A DNA stretch of 31,301 nucleotides, taken from Gammaproteobacteria bacterium. Lineage in GTDB: Bacteria; Pseudomonadota; Gammaproteobacteria; Chromatiales; Chromatiaceae. The stretch is taken from positions 1 through 31,301 of the forward strand of contig DAOUQU010000001.1 of assembly GCA_030625445.1 (NCBI GenBank), in the 5' to 3' direction. Below the pieces are notes generated by a model, which was not told the origin of the DNA, did not search any database, and saw only the letters and a list, made by a program, of their open reading frames with translations. Below are positions 19,451-27,979 of this stretch, in pieces. A program made the position numbers and the translations under genes. Each line of letters opens with the position of its first letter. Position 1 is the first letter of the stretch.

Positions 19451-20925
19451 TGCCCGCTCCGCAGAAGCTTTGCAACCACTTCCCTGTCACTGAAATGATG
19501 GCGTTTATCACCAATAATCTGCACATCTTCATGCCCTTTCCCTGCAACCAGAACCAGATCCCCTGCTGACGCCTGTGTTATGGCAATAGAGATCGCCTGT
19601 TGACGATCACGCACAACGCGTACCGGATGCTTCATACCGCACAGAATCTGTTCGATGATGGCATCACCGGATTCACTGCGGGGGTTGTCATCGGTCACAA
19701 TAACCCGGTCCGCCAGCTCTTCGGCTACTCTCCCCATCAATGGACGCTTGCCCGCGTCACGATCGCCACCACAACCAAACAGGCAGATGAGTTCACCCTG
19801 TGTATGTTCACGTGCGGCAAGCAGTGCATTTTTCAACGCATCCGGTGTATGCGCGTAGTCAACCACAACCAATGGCTGGTTCTCGCCGCCAAAACGCTCC
19901 ATACGCCCGGGCACTGCCGGCACACTCGAGAGGCGTTTGACCAGCTGAACCAGGGGGACTCCTGCAGCAACCAACGCTCCTGCCACTGACAGCAGATTAT
20001 CGACATTGAAGCGCCCTATCAGCGGAGATGCAAGCACCACCTGCTGCTGCCCATAGTGCAGAACCATTTGGAGACCCTGCTGCGTCTGTCGTATGTGTGA
20101 TGCACGCAGTTGCACATCCGCAGCATTCACACCGACTGTGATGCAGCGCATCTCCGGCGCAAGAATCTCCCTGATTTGTTGCCCGTATGGGTCATCCATA
20201 TTGATCACGACGCAACTCAAATCCGGTAGACAAAACAACTTCTGCTTGGCTTCACCATACGCCTGCATCGTGCCGTGATAATCAAGGTGATCACGACTGA
20301 GATTGGTAAACACAGCCACATCTATATGCGTACCATCGACTCTCTCCTGATCCAGCGCATGGGAGGAGACTTCCATCGCGACCGCAGTAATACCCGTTTG
20401 CAGATAATCAGCGAACATCTGCTGCAGCGTAATCGCATCAGGCGTCGTGTGTGTTGCCTGCTGTAGAGAACCTGGCGCGCCATTGCCGAGTGTTCCAATC
20501 ATGGCGCAATTTTCCAGTACTCCTGCTGTCAGCCATGCACAAGTGGTTTTACCATTGGTGCCGGTATATCCAATGATCGTAAGCCGTGCAGAGGGATCAG
20601 CGTAGAATCTTGCAGCAATACGGCCCGCATGGACTTTACCGGCAACAATCACCGGGATAGAGGTATTCAATGCCTCGATGCGCTCTCTACTCCACGCGTC
20701 GTCAATTTCAGCAACAACAGCGACGCATCCCGCATCAACTGCCTGCTGCAGATAATCAAGTCCATGTCCGCGGGTTCCGGGAAGCGCGATGAACAACGAT
20801 CCTGAAGTCAACCTGCGGCTGTCAAGTGAGAGAGCGCTGACAGCAAGCTGCGCCAATTCAGGCGGCGCTTTATCAAGCAGTTCTCCAAGCAACGGGGCGT
20901 TTGGCAGCTGTGTCGCTGGCATCAT
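19447..20925 (-). CDS. murE: UDP-N-acetylmuramoyl-tripeptide synthetase (mDAP-adding)
   Basis: 492 aa. TGTNGKTT, MEVSSH, NLSRDHLDYH, DYAHTPD, mDAP-specific DNPR, AGKGHE. Confidence 0.98.
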   Translation of the reverse strand: MMPATQLPNAPLLGELLDKAPPELAQLAVSALSLDSRRLTSGSLFIALPGTRGHGLDYLQQAVDAGCVAVVAEIDDAWSRERIEALNTSIPVIVAGKVHAGRIAARFYADPSARLTIIGYTGTNGKTTCAWLTAGVLENCAMIGTLGNGAPGSLQQATHTTPDAITLQQMFADYLQTGITAVAMEVSSHALDQERVDGTHIDVAVFTNLSRDHLDYHGTMQAYGEAKQKLFCLPDLSCVVINMDDPYGQQIREILAPEMRCITVGVNAADVQLRASHIRQTQQGLQMVLHYGQQQVVLASPLIGRFNVDNLLSVAGALVAAGVPLVQLVKRLSSVPAVPGRMERFGGENQPLVVVDYAHTPDALKNALLAAREHTQGELICLFGCGGDRDAGKRPLMGRVAEELADRVIVTDDNPRSESGDAIIEQILCGMKHPVRVVRDRQQAISIAITQASAGDLVLVAGKGHEDVQIIGDKRHHFSDREVVAKLLRSGQ

Positions 20926-22697
20926 TGCACACCTCCGGCGCTCGCCACCTGCAATTCATTCTTTGGCTGCTTGTTGTCAGGCGCGACATTCAGCAGCCTC
21001 AACGCATGGCCCATCACTTCAGAAAATACCGGCGCGGCGACCGTACCTCCGTAATGACCATTTTTTACCGGCTCATCAAAGACAATCACCATCACCAGTT
21101 TCGGGGCTGTCGCCGGCGCAATTCCCGCAAACAGCGCACGATATTTCTTCTTCTTGTCTTTATACCCCTGCGCCCCCAGCTTTATGACCGTTCCGGTTTT
21201 ACCGGCAACCCGGTAGCCGCTCACAGCCGCCTTTGGCGCTGTTCCCTGTGCAGAAACCACCCCCTCCATCATCCTGCGCAGCGACCTCGCGGTCTCGACA
21301 GAGAGCACCCGATCTCCATCAACCGGTTTATCAACGCGCAGCAGAGAGAGTGGACGCCGGATGCCGTCTGCAGCAAGGATCGCATAGGCCTGCGCCAACT
21401 GCAGTGTCGATACAGAGATACTATAACCAAATGCCAGGGTGGCCTGATCGATGCGCCGCCATAACCCGTAGTCGCGCAGCAGCCCGCTCGCTTCGCCGGG
21501 GAAATCAATCATCACCGGTTGTCCAAACCCATAACTGTCCAGCATCTTCCAGTGATCCTTTTCCGGCATTTTCAAAGCGATGGTTGCTGATCCCACATTA
21601 CTGGAACGACGCAGCACTCCGGCAGGATCGAGCACACCATAGCGTTTCGGATCACTCACCTTGTTCCTGCCTACCCAGAGAACCCCTTTACCGGTATTAA
21701 TCTTGGTGTTTTCAGTGATATAACCAAGCTCCATAGCAGCCGCAAGAGTCAGCGGCTTCATCGTCGAACCGGGTTCAAAAATATCTATGACGGCGCGATT
21801 ACGCGCTTTTCCCCTGAGGTTGCTGCGGCTGGCATTCGGGTTATAGGAGGGTTGACTCACCATCGCCAGCACTTCTCCGCTATCGACATCCAGCATCACC
21901 AGTGAGGCTGACTTGGCCTTATGTTTGACAACTGCATTTTTCAGCGCCCGATAGGCATAGAATTGCAAACGACGATCCAGGCTCAGCACAATGTCCTTTC
22001 CACCCTGCGGCTCGCGGATACTCGCAACATTTGCCAACAGGCGTCGCCTGGCGTCTTTCAGAACCAACTTGCGTCCCGCCTCGGCATTCAACTCTTCATC
22101 ATACTGAAACTCCAGCCCCTCCAGGCCCCTTTCATCACGCCCGGAAAAACCGATCACATGCGAGAAATATTCACCCGCAGGGTAGTAACGACGGTATTCA
22201 CGCTGCAGGCCAACCCCTTTGACCCCTTTCTCTTTCAGTATTGCCATCACCTTGCGTGCATCAGCAGGAGTCATCCAGCGGGCCAGATAGAAAAAATGCT
22301 TGTTGCGGTAGCGCGAGAGTTTCTGCAGCAGGTCATCAGCATTCATTTTTAATGCCTGTGCGAGGATTTTGACAGTCTCATTATCCTGGGGCAGGATTCG
22401 CGGATCGGCCCATACAGAGTCTACCGGGTTGCTCACAGCCAGCACCTCCTCGTTGCGATCAAGAATTCTACCTCGTCGCGCTGGCACATCCATATAACTG
22501 ATGTGCTTGTAATCACCCTTTTGCTGTAAAAAATCCGTGCGCAAAATTTGCTGATACCATGCACCGGCGATTAACAGAGCGGCAGCACACAGCAACCCCC
22601 CGACCATCAAATGGCGACGCGCAGCAAAGGAGGGAGCGGCCGCCTTTTTTGCCCGCCGCGCCTGCCTGCCTTTTTTATGTCGTTGTTTCCCCGCCAT
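20922..22697 (-). CDS. ftsI: Penicillin-binding protein 3 (transpeptidase)
   Basis: 591 aa. Single TM, RGRILDR, SxxK (STMK), SxN (SSN) and KTG motifs. Confidence 0.98.
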   Translation of the reverse strand: MAGKQRHKKGRQARRAKKAAAPSFAARRHLMVGGLLCAAALLIAGAWYQQILRTDFLQQKGDYKHISYMDVPARRGRILDRNEEVLAVSNPVDSVWADPRILPQDNETVKILAQALKMNADDLLQKLSRYRNKHFFYLARWMTPADARKVMAILKEKGVKGVGLQREYRRYYPAGEYFSHVIGFSGRDERGLEGLEFQYDEELNAEAGRKLVLKDARRRLLANVASIREPQGGKDIVLSLDRRLQFYAYRALKNAVVKHKAKSASLVMLDVDSGEVLAMVSQPSYNPNASRSNLRGKARNRAVIDIFEPGSTMKPLTLAAAMELGYITENTKINTGKGVLWVGRNKVSDPKRYGVLDPAGVLRRSSNVGSATIALKMPEKDHWKMLDSYGFGQPVMIDFPGEASGLLRDYGLWRRIDQATLAFGYSISVSTLQLAQAYAILAADGIRRPLSLLRVDKPVDGDRVLSVETARSLRRMMEGVVSAQGTAPKAAVSGYRVAGKTGTVIKLGAQGYKDKKKKYRALFAGIAPATAPKLVMVIVFDEPVKNGHYGGTVAAPVFSEVMGHALRLLNVAPDNKQPKNELQVASAGGVQ

Positions 22698-22972
22698 TAC
22701 TCTGTTTCCAGAACCTCTATCTCTTGCATACCCGGTGTACGCATATGCAGATTATTTCGTGCTTTTTTTTCGATGCGTTCATAATCAGCAAAGGTCGCCA
22801 ACTCGACCTGCAACTGCCCCTGTGTCACGCTCAATTCATCCGCTTCAGTGCGCAGTGCTTCACGCACTGCAAATAACTGACGCGTCTGCTGCTTTGCCTC
22901 GACAACCTTTAACGCCGTCCACACAATAATTATCAGCAAACCCGTGATCAGCAGCATGCGACTTCCACTCAC
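22697..22972 (-). CDS. ftsL: Cell division protein FtsL
   Basis: 91 aa. TM followed by a leucine-zipper-like coiled coil and IEKKARNNLHMRTP; lies between rsmH and ftsI. Confidence 0.92.
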   Translation of the reverse strand: MSGSRMLLITGLLIIIVWTALKVVEAKQQTRQLFAVREALRTEADELSVTQGQLQVELATFADYERIEKKARNNLHMRTPGMQEIEVLETE

Positions 22973-23907
22973 GCGGATTTCTCCGCAATTCTCAAGCGGG
23001 AACTGCGCGCTCGCGGATTCGCCCTGACCTCTTCACGCGAAGGTGTCACCGCCTTTCCCACCAGACGCAGTTGAGGCTGTTGCAATTGCGAAGCCATCAC
23101 AGGAACACCTTTTGGCAGCGTATCGGCACGGGAGTGGTCACGCAGGAAGCGTTTGACGATTCTATCCTCCAGAGAGTGAAAGCTGATCACGGACAACCGT
23201 CCTCCGGGCCTGAGTACCGATAATGCCTGTTCAAGCACAGCCGAGAGTTGCTGTAACTCCCGGTTGATGCGTATCCGTATTGCCTGAAAAGTGCGTGTAG
23301 CCGGATGCTTCCCGGGGTCTTTTCGCGGTACGGCCTGATCAATCAACTGCGCAAGCTGCATTGTTGTCATCAACGGCCTCTCTTGCCGCTGCGCCACGAT
23401 CGCCGTGGCAATACGCCCGGAATATCGCTCTTCCCCATATTCGCTCAAAACCTGTTTGATCTGCTGCTGCGATGCGTCAGACAACCAGGCGGCCGCCGTC
23501 AAATCATCGTCGGGATTCATGCGCATATCCAGCGGCCCATTGTGCATGAAACTAAAGCCCCGTTGTGCATCTTCCAGTTGTGGAGATGAAACCCCAAGAT
23601 CCAGCAGCACACCATCGATCTCCCCCATGATCCCCAGTTTTACGGAAATCTCTGCAAGCGCATCAAACGACGCATGTTCAATCGAAAAACGCGGATCATC
23701 TCCAATCACTGCAACAGCGCTCTTTATTGCATCCGGATCACGATCCAGCGCCACTAAACGTCCACTGACTCCCAACTTCTGCAGGATTAACGAGCTATGC
23801 CCGCCGCGGCCAAAAGTCGCATCCACGTATATTCCGTCTGGCCTGATTGCGAGTGCATCCACTGCCTCATGCAGTAAAACAGGTTGGTGATTGAGTGAAA
23901 TCGCCAC
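22969..23907 (-). CDS. rsmH: 16S rRNA m4C1402 methyltransferase
   Basis: 312 aa. HQPVLL, DATFGRGGHS, DLGVSSPQL, GPLDMRM, FHSLEDR, NPRARS. Confidence 0.98.
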   Translation of the reverse strand: MAISLNHQPVLLHEAVDALAIRPDGIYVDATFGRGGHSSLILQKLGVSGRLVALDRDPDAIKSAVAVIGDDPRFSIEHASFDALAEISVKLGIMGEIDGVLLDLGVSSPQLEDAQRGFSFMHNGPLDMRMNPDDDLTAAAWLSDASQQQIKQVLSEYGEERYSGRIATAIVAQRQERPLMTTMQLAQLIDQAVPRKDPGKHPATRTFQAIRIRINRELQQLSAVLEQALSVLRPGGRLSVISFHSLEDRIVKRFLRDHSRADTLPKGVPVMASQLQQPQLRLVGKAVTPSREEVRANPRARSSRLRIAEKSA

Positions 23908-23911
23908 TCCG

Positions 23912-24379
23912 CTACAGATTCAGGTTTTCAATTTCTGCAGAGACTTCCGAGTCAGGATCCTGCAGGGCCAACATGTTCTCCTTCTCAACTTGTTCCAGCA
24001 TCTGCTGCGACCAGAATTCAAGCCTGCGCCCCTTGCCGATGATGGCTATCTGCTCACCAGCCACCAGGCCTGCATGCGCACGATGTTTTTGCGGAAGCAG
24101 AATCCTTCCCTGCCCGTCAAGATCGAGTTCCTGCAGATTGGAGAATAAAATATGCTGCACTTGCGCATACTGTTTGTTCAACGCTGGAAGATCAGCCACC
24201 ACCGTCGCGGTCTTTTCCCACTCATCCCAGGGATACATCCACAAACATTTCTCACTCTGGGGATGAATCGTCACCGCAACCCTGGAACCGCCGCTGTTGC
24301 GCAAACCTTCACGGTGACGCGCAGGAATGGCGACGCGCCCCTTGGTATCCAGCTTGACAAGATTGGTTCCGAAGTACAT
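23912..24379 (-). CDS. mraZ: Division/cell wall cluster transcriptional repressor MraZ
   Basis: 155 aa. Two AbrB-like repeats, LDTKGRVAIP and LDGQGRILLP; first gene of dcw. Confidence 0.96.
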   Translation of the reverse strand: MYFGTNLVKLDTKGRVAIPARHREGLRNSGGSRVAVTIHPQSEKCLWMYPWDEWEKTATVVADLPALNKQYAQVQHILFSNLQELDLDGQGRILLPQKHRAHAGLVAGEQIAIIGKGRRLEFWSQQMLEQVEKENMLALQDPDSEVSAEIENLNL

Positions 24380-24456
24380 GGGTGACTCAGTCGGTGGTTT
24401 TTTGTTTATTAATTCTATACATTTACCGCATCGAATAGAGAGAAAGCACTACTATT

Positions 24457-24473
24457 CCCCACTTCCCCCCACT
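24457..24473 (-). promoter_or_regulatory. MraZ-binding direct repeats
   Basis: AGTGGGG twice at a 10-bp period on the minus strand, just downstream of the predicted promoter. Matches the known TGGGN repeats bound by MraZ; a third copy is degenerate. Confidence 0.75.
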
Positions 24474-24482
24474 TCTGTTGAA

Positions 24483-24511
24483 ATAATAGATGCATTACCC
24501 GTATTGGTCAA
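24483..24511 (-). promoter_or_regulatory. sigma70 promoter of the dcw operon (Pmra)
   Basis: TTGACC-17 nt-TATTAT on the minus strand. Confidence 0.75.
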
Positions 24512-24677
24512 GGGTCAGAGGGAAAAAAATGATAATTAACAATAACTTATAATAACACCCTCATCTACAGGAAAAACAACTCGATGAGTGGATAAGTTAA
24601 AGTAACTTATGAGGAATGGATGACTGGATTGTCGTTGAAATGGAGCGGAAGGTCTGAAAACATGAATAGTGGGGAGA

Positions 24678-25043
24678 GGTGGGAGTCAGCCTGTAAGCCG
24701 GGTTCTGTCGTGGATAATCATTCATCTGGGTAATGCGTCACCGCATACCTCAAGCGACCTACCCGGAAGCCACCTGCGGACCACAGGCTGTGCGTACACA
24801 AGCTTCCCTATTTGGTCTTGCTCCGAGTGGGGTTTACCATGCCACTGCTGTTGCCAGCAGCGCGGTGCGCTCTTACCGCACCATTTCAACCTTACCGGCA
24901 GTCACAGACTGCTTAGGCGGTATATTTTCTGTTGCACTTGCCGTCGGATCACTCCGCCCAGGTGTTACCTGGCACTCTGCCCTGCGGAGCCCGGACTTTC
25001 CTCCACCAGTAAAAAACTGACAGCGATTAACCAGCCGACTCCC
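24678..25043 (-). ncRNA. rnpB: RNase P RNA, bacterial type A
   Basis: P4 halves GAGGAAAGUCC (25003-24993) and AGAACCCGGCUUA (24706-24694); P1 GGGAGUCGGCU/GGCUGACUCCC; GGUAAAC region; GGGUGCGGUAAGAGCGCACC-like segment. Confidence 0.98.
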
Positions 25044-25049
25044 ATGCAG

Positions 25050-25078
25050 AAAATAGCTGTTGGGGGATGAAAAAGCAA
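25050..25078 (-). promoter_or_regulatory. sigma70 promoter of rnpB
   Basis: TTGCTT-17 nt-TATTTT ending 6 nt before the predicted RNA 5' end. Confidence 0.6.
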
Positions 25079-25096
25079 GAAAAAAAACAAGTATTC

Positions 25097-25171
25097 AGTT
25101 GGCAGTCGTCAGTTTGCAGTAAAAAACAGAGAAACCACCTGCATACAACTGCCAACTGACGACTGCAAACT
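25097..25171. repeat. 75-bp inverted repeat made of AGT-initiated heptamers
   Basis: agttggcagtcgtcagtttgcagt (25097-25120) versus actgccaactgacgactgcaaact (25148-25171): 22/24 complementary, 27-nt spacer. Confidence 0.85.
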
Positions 25172-25176
25172 TTGTT

Positions 25177-26844
25177 TTATTTGTGGTTTTGCGTGCGCCA
25201 CAGATTGACAATCTCTTCCACATCCAGATCATCGGGACCCTCGCGCCAACTGGTAAAGTAGTCCACATCGGTATTTCTGGGCGGCGGATCGGGCCGGTAG
25301 ACCTGAATACGCGTCGGCATAGGAGCCGCCTCGCCCAGCACCAGCGCCTCGCCCCGCCCCAGGGAGGCCAGCATATCCGTCAAATCTCCCTCGGCTTCCG
25401 GCACCATTGCCCGAATATACTCCTGGTCATCAGGGTTTGTTGTACGCAGACAAATAAACGAACTGCACTGGGAAAGCATGGTTTCGGAGAGTTCTGTCGG
25501 ACGCTGGCTGACCACCCCGATGGAGACGCCATATTTGCGCCCCTCCTTGGCGATCCTCTCCATCATTTTTTTGGTTCCCTCAAACTGCCCGCCTTTCTCC
25601 CGTGGAATATAGGCATGCGCCTCTTCGCAGATCAGGGTGATGGGAAAATCATGGCGTCTCGGGTTCCAGTAGTTGAATTCATAAGCCAGGCGCCCGACTT
25701 GCGCTGAAATTGCCGGACGAATGTCGGTCGGTACAGAGCTTAAATCAATAATGGTGATATTGGCCTTGTTGCTGCCCAAACCAATGAATTCACGCAACAA
25801 ATCACTTAAAGATGCCGAAGTGGTGCGTTTTTTTGGCTTGAGCAGGAAATCATAGCGAACATCATTGAAACGGCTCTCCATTCTGACCAGCAGTTCATCA
25901 AATTCACCAAACAATGCACCCTTGACTTTACCGAACTCCTTCCTCTCTCCATTGGCGCTCTTAAAGAGCTGGTAGAGATCGGACAGGGAAAAATAGATGG
26001 GAGTATCAACGGACACCCCCTTCAAACCAATCGCCTTCGCCTCTTTAGCCCTGAGCGTTTGCAACACCTGGCGCATAAATGCCATTTGCGTCGATGCACC
26101 GGGATCAGAGCGATCGATAAACAGGTCGATAAGCTCTGCATAACTCATCATCCAGTAGGGCATTTCGAGATCGAGAGCATCGACATAATTCACCTTGCCT
26201 TCGGCGAAAGCCGTTTTTCTGACGCCCCGCTCATCTTCCCAGCAATACTCCCCATGCAGATCCAGAATGATCATATGGGATTTCGGCATCGCCTTGAGTG
26301 TCTGTTGAAGCAGGCTGGTTACCGTCCAGGATTTTCCGGAACCGGATTGACCCAGAATAGCAAAATGACGTCCGAACAATGCGCGGGGATCGAGGCTGAC
26401 ATGGTAATCTTTTTTTGCCGCCAGTTGGCCAATATAGAACTCAAACTCCCTGAATGTTGAAAAAATCGCATTAATCTCATCAAAACCAACGGCAAAAACC
26501 TTTGCTCCCGGCGTCGGATAATGCCTGACACCACGGATAAATTTGCCATCCTCCTGAATTTCACCGACAGGGATCAAAGAGATATAGCGAGCCGTATAAC
26601 TCCCGCCATTGCGATCTAAACGATCCCTCTCCCACATCTTGTGAACCAGCGCCAGGATACTGATATCAGACTGACGAATTGCCACATACGAGCCCAGATG
26701 GCCGGCCAGGATCGTCTCACTACCTATCTTGATAAGAGGGTTGTCATTGGCATACTCGTCAACGATGCGAGCATCCATTCCATCCCCCCTGACATCGGTC
26801 AGAGAAGCAATCTGGATAGCCGGGGGCTGAGATTCGGACGTCAT
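25177..26844 (-). CDS. HerA/FtsK-superfamily ATPase (DUF87-like) with putative N-terminal HAS barrel
   Basis: 555 aa from ATG 26844. Walker A GQSGSGKS, ILDLHGEY, Walker B ICEEAHAY, EGRKYG, SQRP, NPDDQ; N-terminal beta-rich region ending YPTPGAKV. Confidence 0.9.
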   Translation of the reverse strand: MTSESQPPAIQIASLTDVRGDGMDARIVDEYANDNPLIKIGSETILAGHLGSYVAIRQSDISILALVHKMWERDRLDRNGGSYTARYISLIPVGEIQEDGKFIRGVRHYPTPGAKVFAVGFDEINAIFSTFREFEFYIGQLAAKKDYHVSLDPRALFGRHFAILGQSGSGKSWTVTSLLQQTLKAMPKSHMIILDLHGEYCWEDERGVRKTAFAEGKVNYVDALDLEMPYWMMSYAELIDLFIDRSDPGASTQMAFMRQVLQTLRAKEAKAIGLKGVSVDTPIYFSLSDLYQLFKSANGERKEFGKVKGALFGEFDELLVRMESRFNDVRYDFLLKPKKRTTSASLSDLLREFIGLGSNKANITIIDLSSVPTDIRPAISAQVGRLAYEFNYWNPRRHDFPITLICEEAHAYIPREKGGQFEGTKKMMERIAKEGRKYGVSIGVVSQRPTELSETMLSQCSSFICLRTTNPDDQEYIRAMVPEAEGDLTDMLASLGRGEALVLGEAAPMPTRIQVYRPDPPPRNTDVDYFTSWREGPDDLDVEEIVNLWRTQNHK

Positions 26845-26898
26845 ATAACTTCCCGACAAAGGTGTAAGTTCTCAAAAATAGCCGTACATCGTTCGATG

Positions 26899-27288
26899 CT
26901 ATGCAGGTGGGGAATCATAAGTCGCTTCACTCCCCAGGATGCCAATAATCGGTTCGAATGAAACAACATCCCGCTGCAGTGAAACGACGACATAACGAAG
27001 TTCTGCAAGAGAGACCTTGAGCTCATCACTCAATGGGCACTTCAGGATATTCTGCTCCCGCGCCTCCATAATCTCCGTAAACTCCGCATACAGAGAGTCA
27101 AACATTGTCAGATAAGCATCCCCCCCTGCATCACTTTCCCCCGGCAGTTGCTTTTTAGCAAGTGCAACATTGCCGATTTTCATCAGCACTGCTACGCGTT
27201 CAGCAAGTGAACCATTCATATTCGAACACTTCGCCTTATGCTCACAGTGAAAAAATCTGGATTTGATGGAACTCAATAATTTATTCAT
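26899..27288 (-). CDS. Hypothetical, predominantly helical 129-aa protein
   Basis: ORF fills the gap between the ATPase and the hsp20 promoter on the same strand as the ATPase, 54 nt upstream of it. No recognisable motif; an in-frame GTG at 27339 is also possible. Confidence 0.65.
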   Translation of the reverse strand: MNKLLSSIKSRFFHCEHKAKCSNMNGSLAERVAVLMKIGNVALAKKQLPGESDAGGDAYLTMFDSLYAEFTEIMEAREQNILKCPLSDELKVSLAELRYVVVSLQRDVVSFEPIIGILGSEATYDSPPA

Positions 27289-27417
27289 TCTGATACGCTT
27301 ATTGATTAGCCTGCAGACATTACTATTCTCAACCTTCACGGGCGCCTGCAGAATACGCCTGTCTCCCTGACCGAAATCTTTCTATAAAAAGATATTTTTT
27401 GCTGCTCACCCTTCCCT

Positions 27418-27445
27418 CTTGAATTCACAATATTCTACTCTATAT
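27418..27445 (+). promoter_or_regulatory. sigma32 (RpoH)-type heat-shock promoter
   Basis: CTTGAA-14 nt-CTCTATAT versus consensus CTTGAA-N13-15-CCCCATNT, upstream of a small heat-shock gene. Confidence 0.7.
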
Positions 27446-27481
27446 CTATAACATCAAGAGAGTAAAACTGGAGTAAATGAA

Positions 27482-27922
27482 ATGAGTATGCTTGTACGAA
27501 GCCCCTGGAACCTTCTCGACCAGTGGCACAATGAGATGGGGCAATTGTTAAACACCCCCGCAGGGCGTGATGATACCAGCCTGGTCGAAGGCAGCGACTG
27601 GTCTCCTGCTGTTGACATCAAAGAAGAGGAGGAGCATTTTTTAATACATGCCGATATTCCCGGAGTCAATGCGGATAAGATCGAAGTGTCAATGGAAGAA
27701 GGCGTACTGACTATCAAGGGAGAGCGCAAACACGAATCCACCGAGGGCGGAAAAGATTATAAACGCCTGGAACGCTCCCATGGTCTCTTCATACGGCGCT
27801 TTTCTCTACCGGATACAGTCGATGCCAACAATATCAGTGCATCCAGTCAGAACGGGGTGCTTGAGATTATCCTGCCCAAATCTGCACCGGAGAAGCCCCG
27901 CCGCATAGATGTTAGCAGCTGA
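27482..27922 (+). CDS. Small heat-shock protein, Hsp20/alpha-crystallin family
   Basis: 146 aa. PAVDIKE, ADIPGV, LTIKGER, ER..G.F.RRFSLP, NGVLEIILPK, C-terminal IDV (IxI/V); SD GGAG. Confidence 0.96.
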   Translation: MSMLVRSPWNLLDQWHNEMGQLLNTPAGRDDTSLVEGSDWSPAVDIKEEEEHFLIHADIPGVNADKIEVSMEEGVLTIKGERKHESTEGGKDYKRLERSHGLFIRRFSLPDTVDANNISASSQNGVLEIILPKSAPEKPRRIDVSS

Positions 27923-27928
27923 TGAACA

Positions 27929-27959
27929 CCTGATCGAATCGCTAGGCGCTTCGATCAGG
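27929..27959. terminator. Hairpin between the convergent hsp20 and rsmI genes (REP-like)
   Basis: cctgatcgaa/ttcgatcagg form a perfect 10-bp stem with an inner cgc/gcg; no U-tract. A related copy lies at 3162-3190. Confidence 0.55.
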
Positions 27960-27979
27960 AGCTCATATCAGGGTTATGG

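Noticed and set aside
24590-24620. dif-like (Xer) site
   Set aside because: No convincing XerD arm (TTATGTTAAAT) at the correct spacing.
24669-25070. 133-aa and 95-aa ORFs
   Set aside because: They lie antisense to the RNase P RNA gene, a classic spurious call.
26899-27288. Four-helix-bundle (TIGR02436-like) identity for the hypothetical ORF, suggested by the nearby heptamer repeat
   Set aside because: It lacks the family's recognisable QxRRAAxSIxxNIAEG-type motif and is not enclosed by the repeat arms.
27446-27481. ROSE-type RNA thermometer in the hsp20 leader
   Set aside because: The leader is short and A-rich, with no U(U/C)GCU anti-SD motif or stem.
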